This document shows positions 1-23,656 of a stretch of DNA of 64,000 bases, piece by piece. Made by a program: the position numbers and the translations under genes. The DNA lies in the NCBI RefSeq assembly GCF_009914755.1, contig NC_060947.1; one strand, written 5' to 3'. A model generated the notes under the pieces. The model was not told the DNA's origin. It did not search any database and saw nothing but the letters and a program-made list of their open reading frames with translations. The DNA comes from the human T2T-CHM13v2.0 reference genome, Homo sapiens. The stretch's first letter is position 1. Every line of letters begins with the position of its first letter.

Positions 1-657
1 ACAATTATTTATAATCCTTCAAAATTAAACCAGATACTTAGGCACAAACTTAACAAAAGAGCCTTAGGATTTGTATGCTGAAAATTACAAAATGCTGATG
101 AAAGAAATCAAAGAAGATCTAAATAAATGAAGAGACATATCATGTTCCTGAACTTGAAGGCCCAACATAGTCAAGATGTCAATTTTCCCCAAAGTCATAT
201 ATAGGACTAATACAATTACTATCAAAATCCCAGCAAGGTTTTCTGTGGACATAGACTAGATTATTCTAAAATGTATATGGAAAAACAGAAATCCAGAAGA
301 GCTAAAAAAAAAAACTTAAAAAAAGAATAAAGAATATTGGGTAGCAATCACACTACCCAATATTAAGGCTTTCTATATAGCTATAGTAGTCAAGAGAGTA
401 TGTAATTAACAGAGAGTTAAAAACATAAATGAATTAAACAGAATAGAGAACCCAGAAGAAAAGACCCACGCAAATAAGCCAAACTGATTTTTGACAGAAA
501 TATAAAAGCAATTGAATGGAAGACAAGCAGTGTTTTCAATGATGCTATGGCAATTAAACATCTACAGGGAAACTCCCTCCCCAAAAAAAAACCCTGAATC
601 TAAATCTCAAAACCATATACAAGATTAACATATTACCTTGTGAATGCCTCTAACTTA

Positions 658-995
<338 letters not shown>

Positions 996-1249
996 AACAT
1001 TAACATAGATCACACTGAAATGAAAAATGTAAAAGTAGAAGAATATCTCCAGTTCTAAGGCTAGGCAAAGAATTCTTAGACTTCACACAAAAAGCACAAT
1101 CCAAAAAAAAAAAACTGGACCTCACCAAAATTTAAAACTTTTTCTCTTCGTAATTTCTTGGAAAAGGCATATGTTTATATAAGGCAAAAACTATAACATT
1201 GCATTGTGCAGTTTATAATGTATGTAGATGTAATATACATAACAATTAT

Positions 1250-1467
1250 AACCAGCCTGGGCAACACAGGGAGACCCGTCTCTACACAGATTAAAAAAAT
1301 TAGCCAGGTGTGGTGGTGCATGCCTATGGTCTCAACTACCTGGGAGGCTGAGGTGGGAGGATTGTTTGGGCCTGGGAGGTCGAGGCTACAGTGAGCTGTG
1401 ACTGAACCACTGTACTCCTGCCTGGGCTACAGAAGGACATCCTACCTCAACAAACAAACAAACAAAA
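1250..1467 (+). mobile_element. 5'-truncated AluJ-like
   Basis: End of the left arm plus right arm, diverged. Confidence 0.85.
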
Positions 1468-1900
1468 ATAATTATAGCTTAAAGCCTGCAGGAAATAAAT
1501 AGTTGCATGGTCCTTACATTTTATAATATTAAATCTATGTAAAAACTGTGAAGAATTCAGAATGTAAATTAAAATCCCTAGAGTAAACACACACATACAA
1601 ATACTGAAAAGGGACACAAGAAACTTTTGGGTGTTCTGGAAATGTTCTGTATCTTGATTATGGCATACATCTGTCAACTCATTTAACTGTACACTATAAA
1701 TATATGCATTTATCGTACATAAACTAAGCCTGAATAAAGTTCTTTAAAAGTAAAAAGACACAGATAACATCATACTTAATGGTGAAAGACTGAAAATTTT
1801 CTCACTAAGATTAGGAAAAGCAGGATATTTGCTCTCAACTCCTACTCAACATTATACTAGAAGTTCCAGCAAGAATAATTTTTTAAAAAATAAACATCTA

Positions 1901-2282
<382 letters not shown>

Positions 2283-2464
2283 CTATTGGAGCTGATAAAC
2301 AAATTTAGCAAAATTACAGGATATAATGGAAACTCACAAAAATCAGTTGTATTTGTATGCCTTAGCAATTAACAATCCAAATGGAAATTAAGAAAACAAT
2401 TCCATTTATAATAACAACAAAAATAATAACTTAGGAAAAAACTTTACAAGGAATTGTAAGGACT

Positions 2465-2845
2465 TGTGGAATACTATGCAGCCATAAAAAAGAATGAAAT
2501 CATGTCCTTTGCAGCAACAAGGATGCAGCTGGAGGCCATTTTCCTAGGCGAACTAACACAGAAACAGAAAACCAAATTATCACATGTTCTCACATATAAG
2601 TGGGAGCTAAACACTGGGTACATGTGGACATAAAGATGAAAAGAGTAAACACTGGGGACTATGAGAGGGGAGAGAAAGGGATGGGGAAAAAAGCTGAAAA
2701 ACTAACCATTGGGTACTATGCTCCATATCTGAGTGATGAGTTCAGTCATATCCCAGACCTCAGCATCATGCAATATACCTCTGTGACAATCCTGCACACA
2801 TACTCCCTGATTCTAAAATAAAAGTTGAAAAATTAAAAAAAAAAG
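2465..2845 (+). mobile_element. L1 3' end (L1PB/L1MA-like)
   Basis: gaatactatgcagccataaaaaagaatgaaatcatgtcctttgcagcaac...A tail. Confidence 0.85.
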
Positions 2846-2889
2846 ATTTTCTGAGAACTACAAAATACTGCTGAAATTAAAAACCAGCT

Positions 2890-4320
2890 ATTTTTTCCCA
2901 GCTTTACTGAGGTATAATTGACAAATAAAAATTGTATATATTCAAGATGTACAATGTGATGATTTGCTATACATATACACTGTGAAATGATTACCACAAT
3001 AAAATTAATTAACATATCAATCACAACACAAAGTTACCCTCCCTTTGTACGTGTATGTGTGGTGAGGATACTTAAGATCTCTTTTAGGGCTGGGCACAGT
3101 GGCTCACACCTGTAATCCCGGCACTTTGGGAGGCTGAAGTGGGCGGATCACTTGAGGCCAGGAGTTCGAGACCAGTCTGGACAACATGGTGAAATCCCAT
3201 CTCTACTAAAAATACAAAAATTAGCTGGGCATGGTGGCATACGCCTGTAGTCTCAGCTACTTGGGAGGCTGAGGCATGAGAATCACTTGAACCCAGGAGG
3301 CAGAGGTTGTGTGAGCCAAGATTGCACCCCTGCACTCCAGCCTAAGCAACAGAGTGAGACGCTGACTCAAAAAAAAATTTTTTTTCAACTAAATAATACA
3401 TTGCATCCCTAGAACTTATTCATCTTATAAGTAAAAGTTTATACCCTTTAACCAAGTGTCTCCATTTCTCCTACTTCTCAGCCCTTGCCAACCACTGTTC
3501 TACTCTCTGCTTCTATGAGTTTGATATTTATAGATTCCACATATAAGTAAGATCATACAGTATCTTTCTGTATCTGGCTTCACTTAGCATAATGTCCTCC
3601 TGGTTCATCCATGTTGTCACAAATAGCAGGATTTCCTTCTTTTTTAGTGGCTGATTTCCTGAATTTCCTTCTTTGTATGTGTGTGTATACACACATATAC
3701 ATGTATGTATATGCACACACACCACATTTTTGTTATCCATTCATCTGTCAACACTTAAGTTGTTTCCATATCTTGGCTATTGTGAATAAAGCTGCAATGA
3801 ACATGAGGTTGCAGATATGTCAAGATACTGATTTCTTTTCGTTTGGATATATGCCCAGAAGTGGAATGGCTGGATTGTATCATAGTTTTTTTTTTTTTTT
3901 AATTTTTTGAGGAACTTTCATACTGTTTTGTTTGTTTGTTTTTGAGACAGGGTCTTGCTCTGTTGCCCAGGCTGGAGTTCAGTGGTGCAATCACAGCTCA
4001 CTGCAGCCTTGACCTCTTGGGTTCAAGGGATCCTTCTGCCTCAGCCTCCTGAGTAGCTGGGACTATGGGGTACATGCCACCACACCTAGCTAATTTTTTA
4101 ATTTTTTTGTAGAGACGAGGAGGTCTCACTATGTTGCCCAGGTTGGTCTTGAATTCCTGGGCTAAAGTGATCCTCGTGCCTCAGCCTCCCAAAGTATTGG
4201 GATCACAGGTGTGAGCCACTGCACCTAGCCTCATACTGTTTTCCATAATGGCTACACCAATTTACATTCCCATCAACAGTGTACAAGGGTTCCCTTTTCT
4301 CCACACCTTTGCCAACACTT
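2890..4320 (-). mobile_element. L1MA/MB-like 3' end in reverse orientation, with nested Alus (3087-3380 +, 3930-4232 -)
   Basis: tttactgaggtataattgacaaataaaaattgtatata...; atccattcatctg; tttggatatatgcccagaagtgg. Confidence 0.8.
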
Positions 4321-4324
4321 AAAG

Positions 4325-7400
<3,076 letters not shown>

Positions 7401-7620
7401 CAGGTGGGCAAGCCACAGCCTTCAGGCCAAATCTGGCACACCACCTGTTTTTGTGAGCAAATGTTTATTGGAACACAGCCGCGCCTATTTGTTTACATAT
7501 TTATGGTTGTTTTCATGCATACAACAGCAGAACTGAGTAACTGTAACAGAGATTATATAGCCTGCAAAGCCTACAATATTTACTATCTAGGCCTTTACAG
7601 AAAAAGACTGTCAACACCTC
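7401..7620 (-). mobile_element. MER58A-like hAT-Charlie DNA transposon
   Basis: ggccaaatctggc...tttattggaacacagcc...tatttactatctaggcctttacagaaaaag, the reverse of the copy at 30694. Confidence 0.75.
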
Positions 7621-8516
7621 TTCTATGTCTTGATAATGGTTGGGGTTACATAGGTGTAAGCATTTGTCGAAACTCATGAATTATGATTTATGCATTTTAC
7701 TGTATATACATTTAAACTAAAAAACATAAATACTGAGTTCTAGTCAATGATATGTATTTATGGATGATGTATACTGATGTTGGCAACTTCCTTTAAACTT
7801 TGAAATGCACCAGAAAAATAAAATGGATTAATAAAGGGATAAATAGGTATGTGATAGAGCAGATAGAGCAAAAGTTAACTGTATAATTTAGGTGTTAGGT
7901 ATATGGGTGTTCATGCTACAATTTTTTCCAATATTCTGTATATCTGAAGTTTTTCTTAATAAGATGTTGGGGAAAACGTTTTAATTAGGTAAGGAAAGTA
8001 TACAACACGTGCAATCTGCCCACAGAATGAACATTAAAATCCAAAATACTTTGTTAATTACATCTGTGTAGTGCAGGAAAACAAACAAACAAAAAAAAAA
8101 AGGTGGGGGGGGAGAAGAAAAAATGGTTTGTTAAACCCCTTAATCTGAAATAAATAAATCCCAGAATAGTATGCCCCTGTCTGAAGAAACTTCAGCTGCA
8201 AAGATCTTTATTTATTCTCGCTCAGTCCTGTTAGGAGTCAGCACGCACATACTGAAATCCATTATAATTTATGCCCTTGATGAAGAGGAGATTTTATAAA
8301 ATACAGAATACCTGAGGTAATAGCTGTTTGGTAGAGTAATATATTATCACTAGAAAATAACTCATACAGCATAGCACACCTTTTATCTAAGGACCTCAAA
8401 GTATTTTATTAGCCAAACAATAAATTCAGTGTGTTTTAGATATACCTAAAGCAGGGGAGAAGAGCAAAAAGAATAAGTCAGATTCTCAGTTCTTTGCTTT
8501 AATTAATTCAATCAAG

Positions 8517-8830
<314 letters not shown>

Positions 8831-8899
8831 TTAACTAAATCTCACTGAAGCCATCATAACCTTTTTCTCCAATTCTGGTGGGGAGGGTAACTATCTTTC

Positions 8900-9690
8900 A
8901 AAGCAGATGGGTAGTAAAATGATTGAATATGCTGGGTTCAAATGCTAGCTTTTGGGTATGACACTAGAAAAGTTACTTAACCTCTATGAACCTCAGTTTC
9001 TTCATCAGTAAAAAAAGGTAATAATGGGATTCCTAGGGTTGGTGTGAAGATGTACATGTAATGCCTTTGGGATAGTATTTGGCAATAAGAATCACTCAAT
9101 AGTATTATCTCACAAAGGCAAATGCTTTATTATAAATGTAGAACAATAAGAGAACCATAGGTTCCAAACGTTTTAGGACTAAAGGATCTTGGAAAGCTAC
9201 ATTTGCCTCCTGGCTGTTTTCCAAACATGCCAGACAAACTTCTCCCTTAGGGCCTTTGCACCTGTTATTCCCTCTGTCTGAAATATACATTACTGACTCC
9301 CTTATTTCCTTCAAGTGTCTGCTCAAATGTTACCTTCTCAATGAGACCTACTCTGATAGCCATCTTCCTTAAACCTGCAACCCACTTTCCTCCTTTTCCT
9401 CCTCTACATTTTCCCCAAAGCACCTTGTACTGTATAATTTCCTTTTTATAGTGGTTATTGACAATCTTTCCCCATTAGACAACAAACCTCAATGACAGAA
9501 GGGGTTTTTGTATTTTATTCACTGTTATATCCTAAGTAGGTCCTCAAATTTTTTTTAATTGTAGTCATCTGGTCTGATCCCTTCACTTTACAGATGAGAA
9601 AATTTAGAAAAGACCTGAATCAAGGTCACTCAGTAAGTAAGGAAAAGAGTCAGGAACAGGGACCATGACTCCCACTGAAGTGCTGTATCT
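8900..9690. mobile_element. MIR / L2 / MIR ancient repeat fragments
   Basis: MIR core agttacttaacctctatgaacctcagtttcttcatc; L2-like ctgctcaaatgttaccttctca; reverse MIR tttacagatgagaaa. Confidence 0.65.
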
Positions 9691-9770
9691 ATTATAGTTC
9701 ACTATCATCCTGACCCTTAAACATCACAGAAAAATCACAATCATCCTTATTTTCCCCCACGAGGATTTAC

Positions 9771-12263
<2,493 letters not shown>

Positions 12264-12917
12264 CTACAGGTACAAGGAGAATTCAAATTATAAATGCATA
12301 TACTATGCCCATTTTAATGGGACTTTCCCGGACATACTGATAGAGAAAATAATGCTATGTTCCAAAAATTTCAGCAAATTATCAAAAAGGTGCTAGGTAT
12401 AGCATTAGTCCTATAAAAATCCTAATACCATGAGTAAATGCTAGTTAACTGAATACACTAAGGGGTTGAGACAAGTCACAGCAATATACCACTCATGGTT
12501 TCTTATTTATCGCAATTTACTACATAACTCATTCAAACCCTGGCAGAGATTCTGAGTATCCGAATCTGACATTGTCACACACCTGACAGTGGAAGTCCCA
12601 TGAGAAAGCTCAAAGGATTTCAGTATCATTCCTAAAATGAATATAGATACTCTCTCAAGAAGAGAGGAGAGAGTTGGCAGAAATAAATACTGATTGGCTG
12701 CAATAATTCCTAGAATTTGGGCTACCATGCTCATAAAAAGACCCATATAATCAAATTTCTTGCTTATGTGGCTTCTATATATTAGGTGAAAAGGGCAGGC
12801 TACAAAAAATCATATGTATGTGATATACATGTGTATATATAAACAAAGTTATACATGTGTACACAGAAAAAAAGATAAATCTAAAGGCTATACCTCAAAC
12901 ATAAACAATAAGTTGTT

Positions 12918-13318
<401 letters not shown>

Positions 13319-14308
13319 TTAAAATAAGCAAGTAACATTTTGATAATTAAATTTTTGGAACACATTTTAAAATACACATACCTGTATGCTTATGTAAATT
13401 GAACCTAAGTTAAATTTAAGCTCCCATTCAACACACTTTGCATTATAGGCTTAGAAAGAGGCAAATCAAACTACCACATGAGCTCAATTACAAATAGGCA
13501 CCATATCACTTATAAATACTAGCCAAATATCTGGCATCTTCAACTATATCAAACTAAATCTACCCCTAGCAGATTTTAAATGCATCTGGCATTTGTCAAG
13601 TACATACATGCTTTCCCCTAAAAGACTGGGCTCTTTGAGGGCAAGGATCATGTTTATTTTATTTCATATCCCCAGAAGGTGGTAATCATTAAAAGTTTGA
13701 TGATGAACTGATAATATACTAATCTCTTAAAAGATGCACCAGCAACTAGCTAAATCAGGCATTCTCTGTTAGCTAGCAGCTATTAGATCATCTCACTCCC
13801 AGAGAAGGAAGACAAACGCAAGGTATGGTGGGAGGTGAGAGGAGAAAACCGGGTAATGGCAAAGAAAAATGCAACCATGCATCCAGAATCCATAACCTAG
13901 GGAACCAGGATATAGTCTTAATATATAAACTCACACAAAGACTATTAACTCATTGTCAGAAATGAATAATGCTGACTTTAAGAGTCTGAAAGACAAAAAC
14001 ACTTCTTATTTCTCCTACAGAAATAAACATGAACCAAAACAAGTCAAGAGTTTAGATGAACATGCTAAAAATCATGAAAATCTATGAAACACTATTTCTA
14101 ATTAACTGCAACAGACATCCTTCCATGTTCAAATCAGGCTGGAAAAGTTTAATACAAAGAACAAATAATCATGAATAAGAGGAAGAGATCAGTCCTAAAT
14201 AAATCTTTTGTCCATATATACTGAGTTCTCTGTTTCTTCTCCAATTATACAAGCAGTATCTCAAGATTCTAGTTACACAATATTAGACACATTAAGAGGA
14301 ACATCTTG

Positions 14309-14613
<305 letters not shown>

Positions 14614-14773
14614 AGGAATGTCTTGGGTGAAGGAAAGCATAAACAACTTTTAGCTTTTGGTGACCTTTCTCTAAACTATAATGAATTTATAAAAGAGAAC
14701 TTTTGCCTGTCAGAAAATCTAGGCAGTGTTTAATTTGTTTAAATGAATACAGAACCTCTAAAATGTGTCTTAC

Positions 14774-14923
14774 CTTTATCTGTGGGACCTTCTGAACAGT
14801 TAATGGGGAAACCTGGGGTTGTGAAACAACTGTCGGTCCAAGGACATGTACAGGTAAAACAGTGGACTGACCTTGAACCAAAGGCAAAATCTGCGGCTGA
14901 GTCAGCTTTGAATGCTTCTGTAA
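14774..14923 (-). CDS. WNK3: WNK3 exon 10 (150 nt): [11 protein letters not shown]...VPQIK
   Basis: ttttaacag|TTA acceptor after a 96-nt intron; AAG|gtaaga donor; ends in phase 0 at c.2037. Confidence 0.94.
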
Positions 14924-15019
14924 CTGTTAAAATAAGGGGAAAAAAAGATTAAAGATAAACTTTCCCATTTACAGTAAATACACTGATTATATATTTAAAA
15001 ATATAACAGTTCACCTCAC

Positions 15020-15213
15020 CCCTGAAACTTGCTGGTAATGTCCTACTAGTTGCTGAGATGAATAAATTTGCCCTGGAACATTTACTTCAGCCTGCGGGAT
15101 ATTAGAAACCATTTGAGAGCCCATCGTTTGATTTGAGGAATAGGCTACACTGGGCTGACTTGAAGTATCTGAATGTATAACTGATGCAGCTCCTGCCTCA
15201 GACAAATTGTCAC
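15020..15213 (-). CDS. WNK3: WNK3 exon 9 (194 nt): [11 protein letters not shown]...HYQQVSG
   Basis: tttttatag|GT acceptor and GGG|gtgagg donor; ends in phase 0 at c.1887. Confidence 0.94.
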
Positions 15214-15780
15214 CTATAAAAAAAGAAAATAAGTAACAGGTAGAAGGGAAAACTTGAAGCACAAAATGTCCAAATGGTATAGGTAATGGTGTTTCTTTAA
15301 TGGCTTTTTTACTCTGAGAACCTGACATAGCTTCAAATAAAATATTTACACTACAACATTAATCAAAAACCAGCATGTAAACTCTTATCAAGCAATGAAA
15401 TGTTGACATTGTGGTATAACTAAAATTTTCTTAGTAAAGCCAACCTAAAAACAGAGAATCAGATAAAAATCAACTCCATTTGCTGGCCATGTCATGTATA
15501 TCCCTAACTAATCTACACTTGACATAAGGATTTCAGTAAAATATATCATATTCTCTTTCTCCTATAACCTAGAATACTGTCTTTGTAGAACAATAGGTTA
15601 TTACTATGCAAATACTGTGTCCTTCTGGAAAAGAAAATGCATTACAGCAGAAAATTAGAGGAATTGTGTTAATGTTACACTTGAGCCTAAAATACAAAGG
15701 GTCTTAAAGACTAGAAAATTCCTTCTTGAGGAATAAATTTTATCTTTAGTTCTAAATTTTCTTTATTAAACGATGTACGT

Positions 15781-16080
15781 GGCTGGGCGCGGTGGCTCAT
15801 GCCTACAATCCCAACACTTTGGGAGGCTGAGGCGGGTAGATGGCTTGAGCCCAGGAGTTTGAGACCAGCCTGGCCAATATGGTGAAACCCCATCTCTACC
15901 AAAAGAAAATACAAAAATTAGCCAGGTGTAGTGGCACGCACTTGTAGTCCCAGCTACTCAGGGGGCTGAGGTGGGAGGATCACCTGAGCCTGGGGAGGTC
16001 GAGGCTGCAGTGAATCATGATCACACCACTGCACTCCAGCCTAGGTGACAGAGCAAGGCCCTGTCTCAAAAAAAAGAAAG
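15781..16080 (+). mobile_element. AluJ-like
   Basis: Full dimer with J diagnostics (gagcccagg, ggtgggaggatc). Confidence 0.92.
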
Positions 16081-16438
16081 GATTTATGTTAGACCCTCAA
16101 AAATGATAATAAGATCATTTTATTTATACCCCAAACAAAACCAGATGCTAGATTATGATCCTTCTGCAACTAGCACCTTAGAAGAATCACTTAACAAAAC
16201 AGTTTCTTAATTTTAAAATAAGGAAACTAGCTGGCTTGTCTATTTCAGGGGTTTTGTAAAAGGCTTGATGAAATGATAGAAGTGCTATTTAGAGCACAGA
16301 AGTGCTATTTAAAGATAAGCAAACATACAAAAAGGAAAAGAAACAAAATAGGTCATTGACCACTGCCCTTCAAAATAAATAAAGATTAGAGAATATAATT
16401 GCACATGCGTTTGCTTTTACAAGCTGTAACTGTGTTAC

Positions 16439-16733
16439 CTGTAACAGAGGAGCAGTGCTGCTGTGGTTTTCTTTGTAGAAGCTGTTGTCTAACATGTTGA
16501 TCAACTTCAGTTTCTTCACATTCAGCCCCAGTTTGCTGAGCGGGAGCAAGGGGTAAAGTTGTATTCTGGGGCTGAGGGAATACATTCCCCATAGACTTGC
16601 ACTGAGAATCCCTGCGTTCTTCCAAACAGCCAGCAGGCTTCTTCTCTCTTGTCTTCTTTATTGGCGTCACCCGGTCTCTAATGGATTTAGCAACAGCTTT
16701 GGAATCACTTTCATGGAAGAACCCAGACTTGAC
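16439..16733 (-). CDS. WNK3: WNK3 exon 8 (295 nt): end of the autoinhibitory domain and acidic KLHL3-binding motif EETEVDQHV
   Basis: tttgtag|GTC acceptor and G|gtaaca donor; the motif is homologous to WNK1/WNK4 EPEEPEADQH. Confidence 0.96.
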
Positions 16734-16786
16734 CTACAAACAAAACATAATAAGCAAACTACTTCTTTAACATTTAAGATTTTAAC

Positions 16787-17081
16787 TTTTTTTTTTTTTT
16801 TGAGACAGAGTCTAGCTCTGTCGCCCAGGCTGGAGTGCAGTGGCATGATCTCGGCTCACTGCAACTCTGTCTCCTAGGTTCAAGCGATTCTCCTGCCTCA
16901 GCCTCCCAAGTAGCTGGGATTACAGGTGCCCGCCACCACGCCCAGCTAATTTTTTTGTATTTTTAGTAGGGACGGGGTTTCACTGTGTTGGCCAGGCTGG
17001 TCTTGAATTCCTGACGTCGTGATCCACCGCCTCAGCCTCCCAAAGTGCTAGGATTACAAGCATGAGCCACCGCGCCCGGCC
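16787..17081 (-). mobile_element. AluS, ending about 50 bp upstream of the exon 8 acceptor
   Basis: Reverse Alu consensus; TSD-like attttaact on both sides. Confidence 0.93.
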
Positions 17082-17579
17082 AATTTTAACTTTTTTTTTT
17101 TTTACTAGCAGTTATTTTATGCCCCCAAATTCCAAATTAACAGTTAATCTGTTTCTATATTCTCTCTTAAACAAAGACATACATAAATGCCAGAGCCTCT
17201 AATTGGCATGAGAAAAATCAATAGTATTACCAAGCATTGTTAAAATAATTCAGGCTTTAAACAAAAACGAACAAAACAACTTGATGTTTCAGAATATGCA
17301 GTCTTATCACAGGTAATTTAGAACTGCCATTACGTTTTTTGAAGGATTAAAAAGGTTTCCTCATTCAGCAACATTAAGTGTCTACAATGTGCACAGTACT
17401 AGGCACCAGATACAGGTGACTAAGTTGGTCCTTTGTCCTGTATGAGCACACTATCAGGTGGTGTGAAATGGACATAACTTAACTTGAAATGAGCTGCTGT
17501 AAAAGTCTTAAGTAGGAGCACGCTGCATCTCTGAAGGTAATAGAGTAAGTGTTTTCACAAAAGAATTCTATTTTATTTG

Positions 17580-17877
<298 letters not shown>

Positions 17878-18119
17878 GAAGGTAAGTTCTGACCTGAATT
17901 AAAGCCAAAAAAGGAACGTGCACACTATTGAGGGATGTGCAGAAGTTTGGAGTGGAGACCAACATTCTAGGCAGAGGCAAGTATGCTAACAGCAAAGTGC
18001 TACATCTTACTAGGCATTAGAGGAGTGAGAGAAGAAAAGGTTCTGCCTCGTCATCTCAGAGGAACAGGGCTGAACAGTAGAGAAGATCATTTGAGGAGGT
18101 ACCATGACATATCATTCTC

Positions 18120-19060
18120 AGTCCTGCAATCTGCTTTAAGATGATCCCTCTTAATCCCCAAACCTGTGCATATGAGATATCACTCCCATCATTGTGTTTG
18201 CTATAATATATAGCACAATTGGCCTTAATCTAGGGAGATTATCTCGGTGAATCTTTTACCAGCTGCTGACACTAGAAGGATTCAATATGCCATTGCTGGC
18301 TTTGAAGACGGGGTGGAGACATGGAAAGGACTGAAGAGTGGCTTCTAGGAGCTGAAAGTGGACCCAGCTAATCCCATGTCCCCTGAAGACATGGGATTCA
18401 GGAAATCCAAAATTAAATACAGGAGTGAAGCAGAGAAGTCTAGGAAGATGGTAATGGGAAATGCCAGGGTGATAGTTGTGTACCAGATGTCCAAAATAAT
18501 CATTCCAGTTTAGAACAACAGTATGATCAGAAAGACATGTTAAAGGCTATCATTTCCAGGTTCCCACTGTCATTGCCCCATCCTTCTTTTTAACCTGAGG
18601 CCAGAATGCCCAGGTGAGCCTGGCGCAGATGGTTTGTACTCGGCTGGTTTTGAGTACATGCTGCTGCGGCTCCTGCACACCCTCCCATCAGCACTGCAGC
18701 TGCCTGGAGCAGGTATGGACATGCATTTCACCCCACAGAAGTTGCCTTCTGTGATCCACTATTGAGAGTGGGGGCTGGTCACAGAGAGATTGGAAGCAAA
18801 GAGTCAGAGTGGCCCACTCCCCATCAAACCATATGGTAACCAGACAACTAATTTCTGGTCTGCACACTAGCCCTGCCGGTGCCCTGACTGCGCTGAGACA
18901 TGGGTGTATTTTCCTGGCCTCATTTAGAACCTTACCCTCTGACTTCTCCAGAAGTAGCTCTTGTAAACTCTTAGGGAAACTGAAGCTGGAATTGCTATAA
19001 CTGAGAAAGTCTCTTCAGCTTATCCTCTCCTGGGACTCTTCACCTAATTGTACCAATACT
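18120..19060. mobile_element. Probable ancient LTR (MaLR/ERVL-type) fragments
   Basis: MLT1-like gggagattatc and ccattgctggctttgaagacgg; more GC-rich than the flanks. Confidence 0.45.
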
Positions 19061-19122
19061 GCCCCTTCCCACCAACTAGGTGCATGCTTGCCATTCAGTT
19101 TTCAAAACAAAACAATATATTA

Positions 19123-20051
<929 letters not shown>

Positions 20052-20060
20052 TTAACTTAC

Positions 20061-20280
20061 CATTTCATATGCTACTTCCTCAGGTGTATCTGTTTCTAAG
20101 TTGAAACTAAATTCAATAGCTTCATTGTCTTTGTGTTTGCCTTTCAATTTTTTAGGGTCTTCAACCCAGAGTCTTAAAGCAAGGGATGAATTTGAGCAAT
20201 CATCTTCTTCTGCTAACTCCACCCTCAGTCCTGTATCCTCAGCAAAAAATGCATGGTTTAATAGGTCCCTGATAGACAAC
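20061..20280 (-). CDS. WNK3: WNK3 exon 7 (220 nt): kinase C-terminus and autoinhibitory/PF2 domain ([10 protein letters not shown]...IEFSFNLE)
   Basis: tttattag|G acceptor and ATG|gtaagt donor. Confidence 0.97.
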
Positions 20281-21314
20281 CTAATAAACAAAACATATAT
20301 CTCATTATCAGTTCTTCCAATCATAGCAAGACCCTTTAATTACTAAAAATTAATTGTATAAAAGCAAAAAACTTATTTGAAATTTTCTATCAATTTAATC
20401 ATTAATCTGCCTTGTTATAAAAACCAAATCTCTTTAACAGATCCTGTGGAAGCAAAAACAACAATAAATCTTATATCCAATTTATTACCAGGGATGCAAA
20501 GAAATCCCAACTAACATGCATACGGAGTGACTTCAATTAAAAATGAATTCTTACAAGTAATACATCTAAATAACAAAGTTTAACATACACAAAATTATGC
20601 CTAGTGAGAACTGGAGAAGTAGCTTAGTACATGTTAGGCAAATTTCCCTAAGCCACTGGCTTAAGTTACTCAGACTCAAACAGTAGATTCTCAGCAAAGG
20701 GAACCAAAAACTTGCAGATTTATAAACTCTAAAGTACGTTAAAAATTCAAACTCTTTTTACGAATGTTATAAATAGAAGTCACTGTCTCCATTAACAATA
20801 ATCTAGTCAAAGTACTTTACAGAATGCCATGGGTGAAGCTAATGTGGTTCAGCAAAGTCCAGTGGTTTTCGTATTTAACTCTGGTTTTAGACCAGAGTAT
20901 ACATATAACAGATACAACCCTAGCCTAGTATTAGGGATTAACCATCTCTGAAGAGAAACAAAGGACATAGCTTCAAAAGATTTGTTTACAAGCTGGACAA
21001 GTTAATTTACTTTTACTAACTTTTAAAACAGATACATAATATTTAAACTCTCTGTATTACAGGCCAGTGAGAGCTGAAACTGATGTACTGCATAATGTCT
21101 ACAGAGACCTCTTCTTACACTACATAAACAGAAAAAGTATATACACAGCATGATATCCTGTAAGTTGAGGATTTTCAACCCCCTACATTTTTAGTGACCA
21201 AGTGACAAATACTTAACTAAGATGGTGTCATAAATAGAATAAGCCATCATTCCATACAAAGTTGATTTTTTTGAAAAAGAAAAAGTTGCTCAAATGAATT
21301 ACTTTTAAGACTAA

Positions 21315-22342
<1,028 letters not shown>

Positions 22343-22844
22343 ACCTATTATCCTTTTAGTTATCAAAATAATACTTGTTTTATGTAATTACTAACTTGTT
22401 CAAGGTCACACAGGCTAAGTGTGAGCCCAGATTTGACTTTAAGTCTGATGATGAAGACTGTGCTTTTCCCAATATACTAATATGCTATAAATCCTTTGCA
22501 ATATTCCAGTGCTCTTTGGTAATAGAACATATTTAAAGGCTGTACAAACAACAATCAGAATCCAAACTAAAATAGCTACTTCTATATAGTGTTTTTAGCT
22601 TCATTTTTAAAAGCATGCCTAAGCTCCTATCTCAACAACAAAAAACCAAACAAGCCAATTAAAAATGGGCAAAAGAGTTGAATAGATATTTCTGCAAAGA
22701 TATACAAATGGCCAATAACCCCATGAAAATTTCTACTAAGGATATATCGCCTTTACTAATAATCATCAATAAGGAAGTAAAAATCAAAAGACAAACCCAC
22801 CAATTTAAAGTCAGCAACTGTCCAAAGCTGAAACTAAAGGGAGG

Positions 22845-23170
<326 letters not shown>

Positions 23171-23656
23171 AACCTAAAGGGAGGCAAAAGCTAAGAGTAA
23201 TGGGAGTTGTCTATAAAGCAAATTGTGACACAAATAAATGTGGAATACGATTTCTTGAATACATATTTCTTCTATCCATATTAGCTTTATCATTATCATG
23301 ACACTAAAGATATAGAATCAAATTTTTAAAATTTTGTCCACTCTCAACTGTTAGAAGCAAATTAACTTGTGAGGGCCTACTGACTGTTAAGCTGATGGCT
23401 GAAGGTGATGAAAGCTTGTCAAAAGGCACACACACACACAAACGCAACCCAAACGTCAGTTCAAGAAAAATTCAGCACATGATATCCAAGTCTAAAATGG
23501 TAAACAACATGCACTGATACACTTCAATCTAGAGTATGGTTTGGCTTCTACTCAAAAGTCAAACTCAGCATGACTGAAAGGTCAGAAAACGACCCAATGC
23601 AAGATAAGAGAAAAATGCATCTTTCAGTTATGTCATTTTGCTACAATTGCACCCAC

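Noticed and set aside
12507-12746. 79-aa minus-strand ORF just upstream of the fossil exon, as a possible second lost exon
   Set aside because: The candidate acceptor (12632) gives an immediate stop in phase 0, and the composition is unlike WNK low-complexity sequence.
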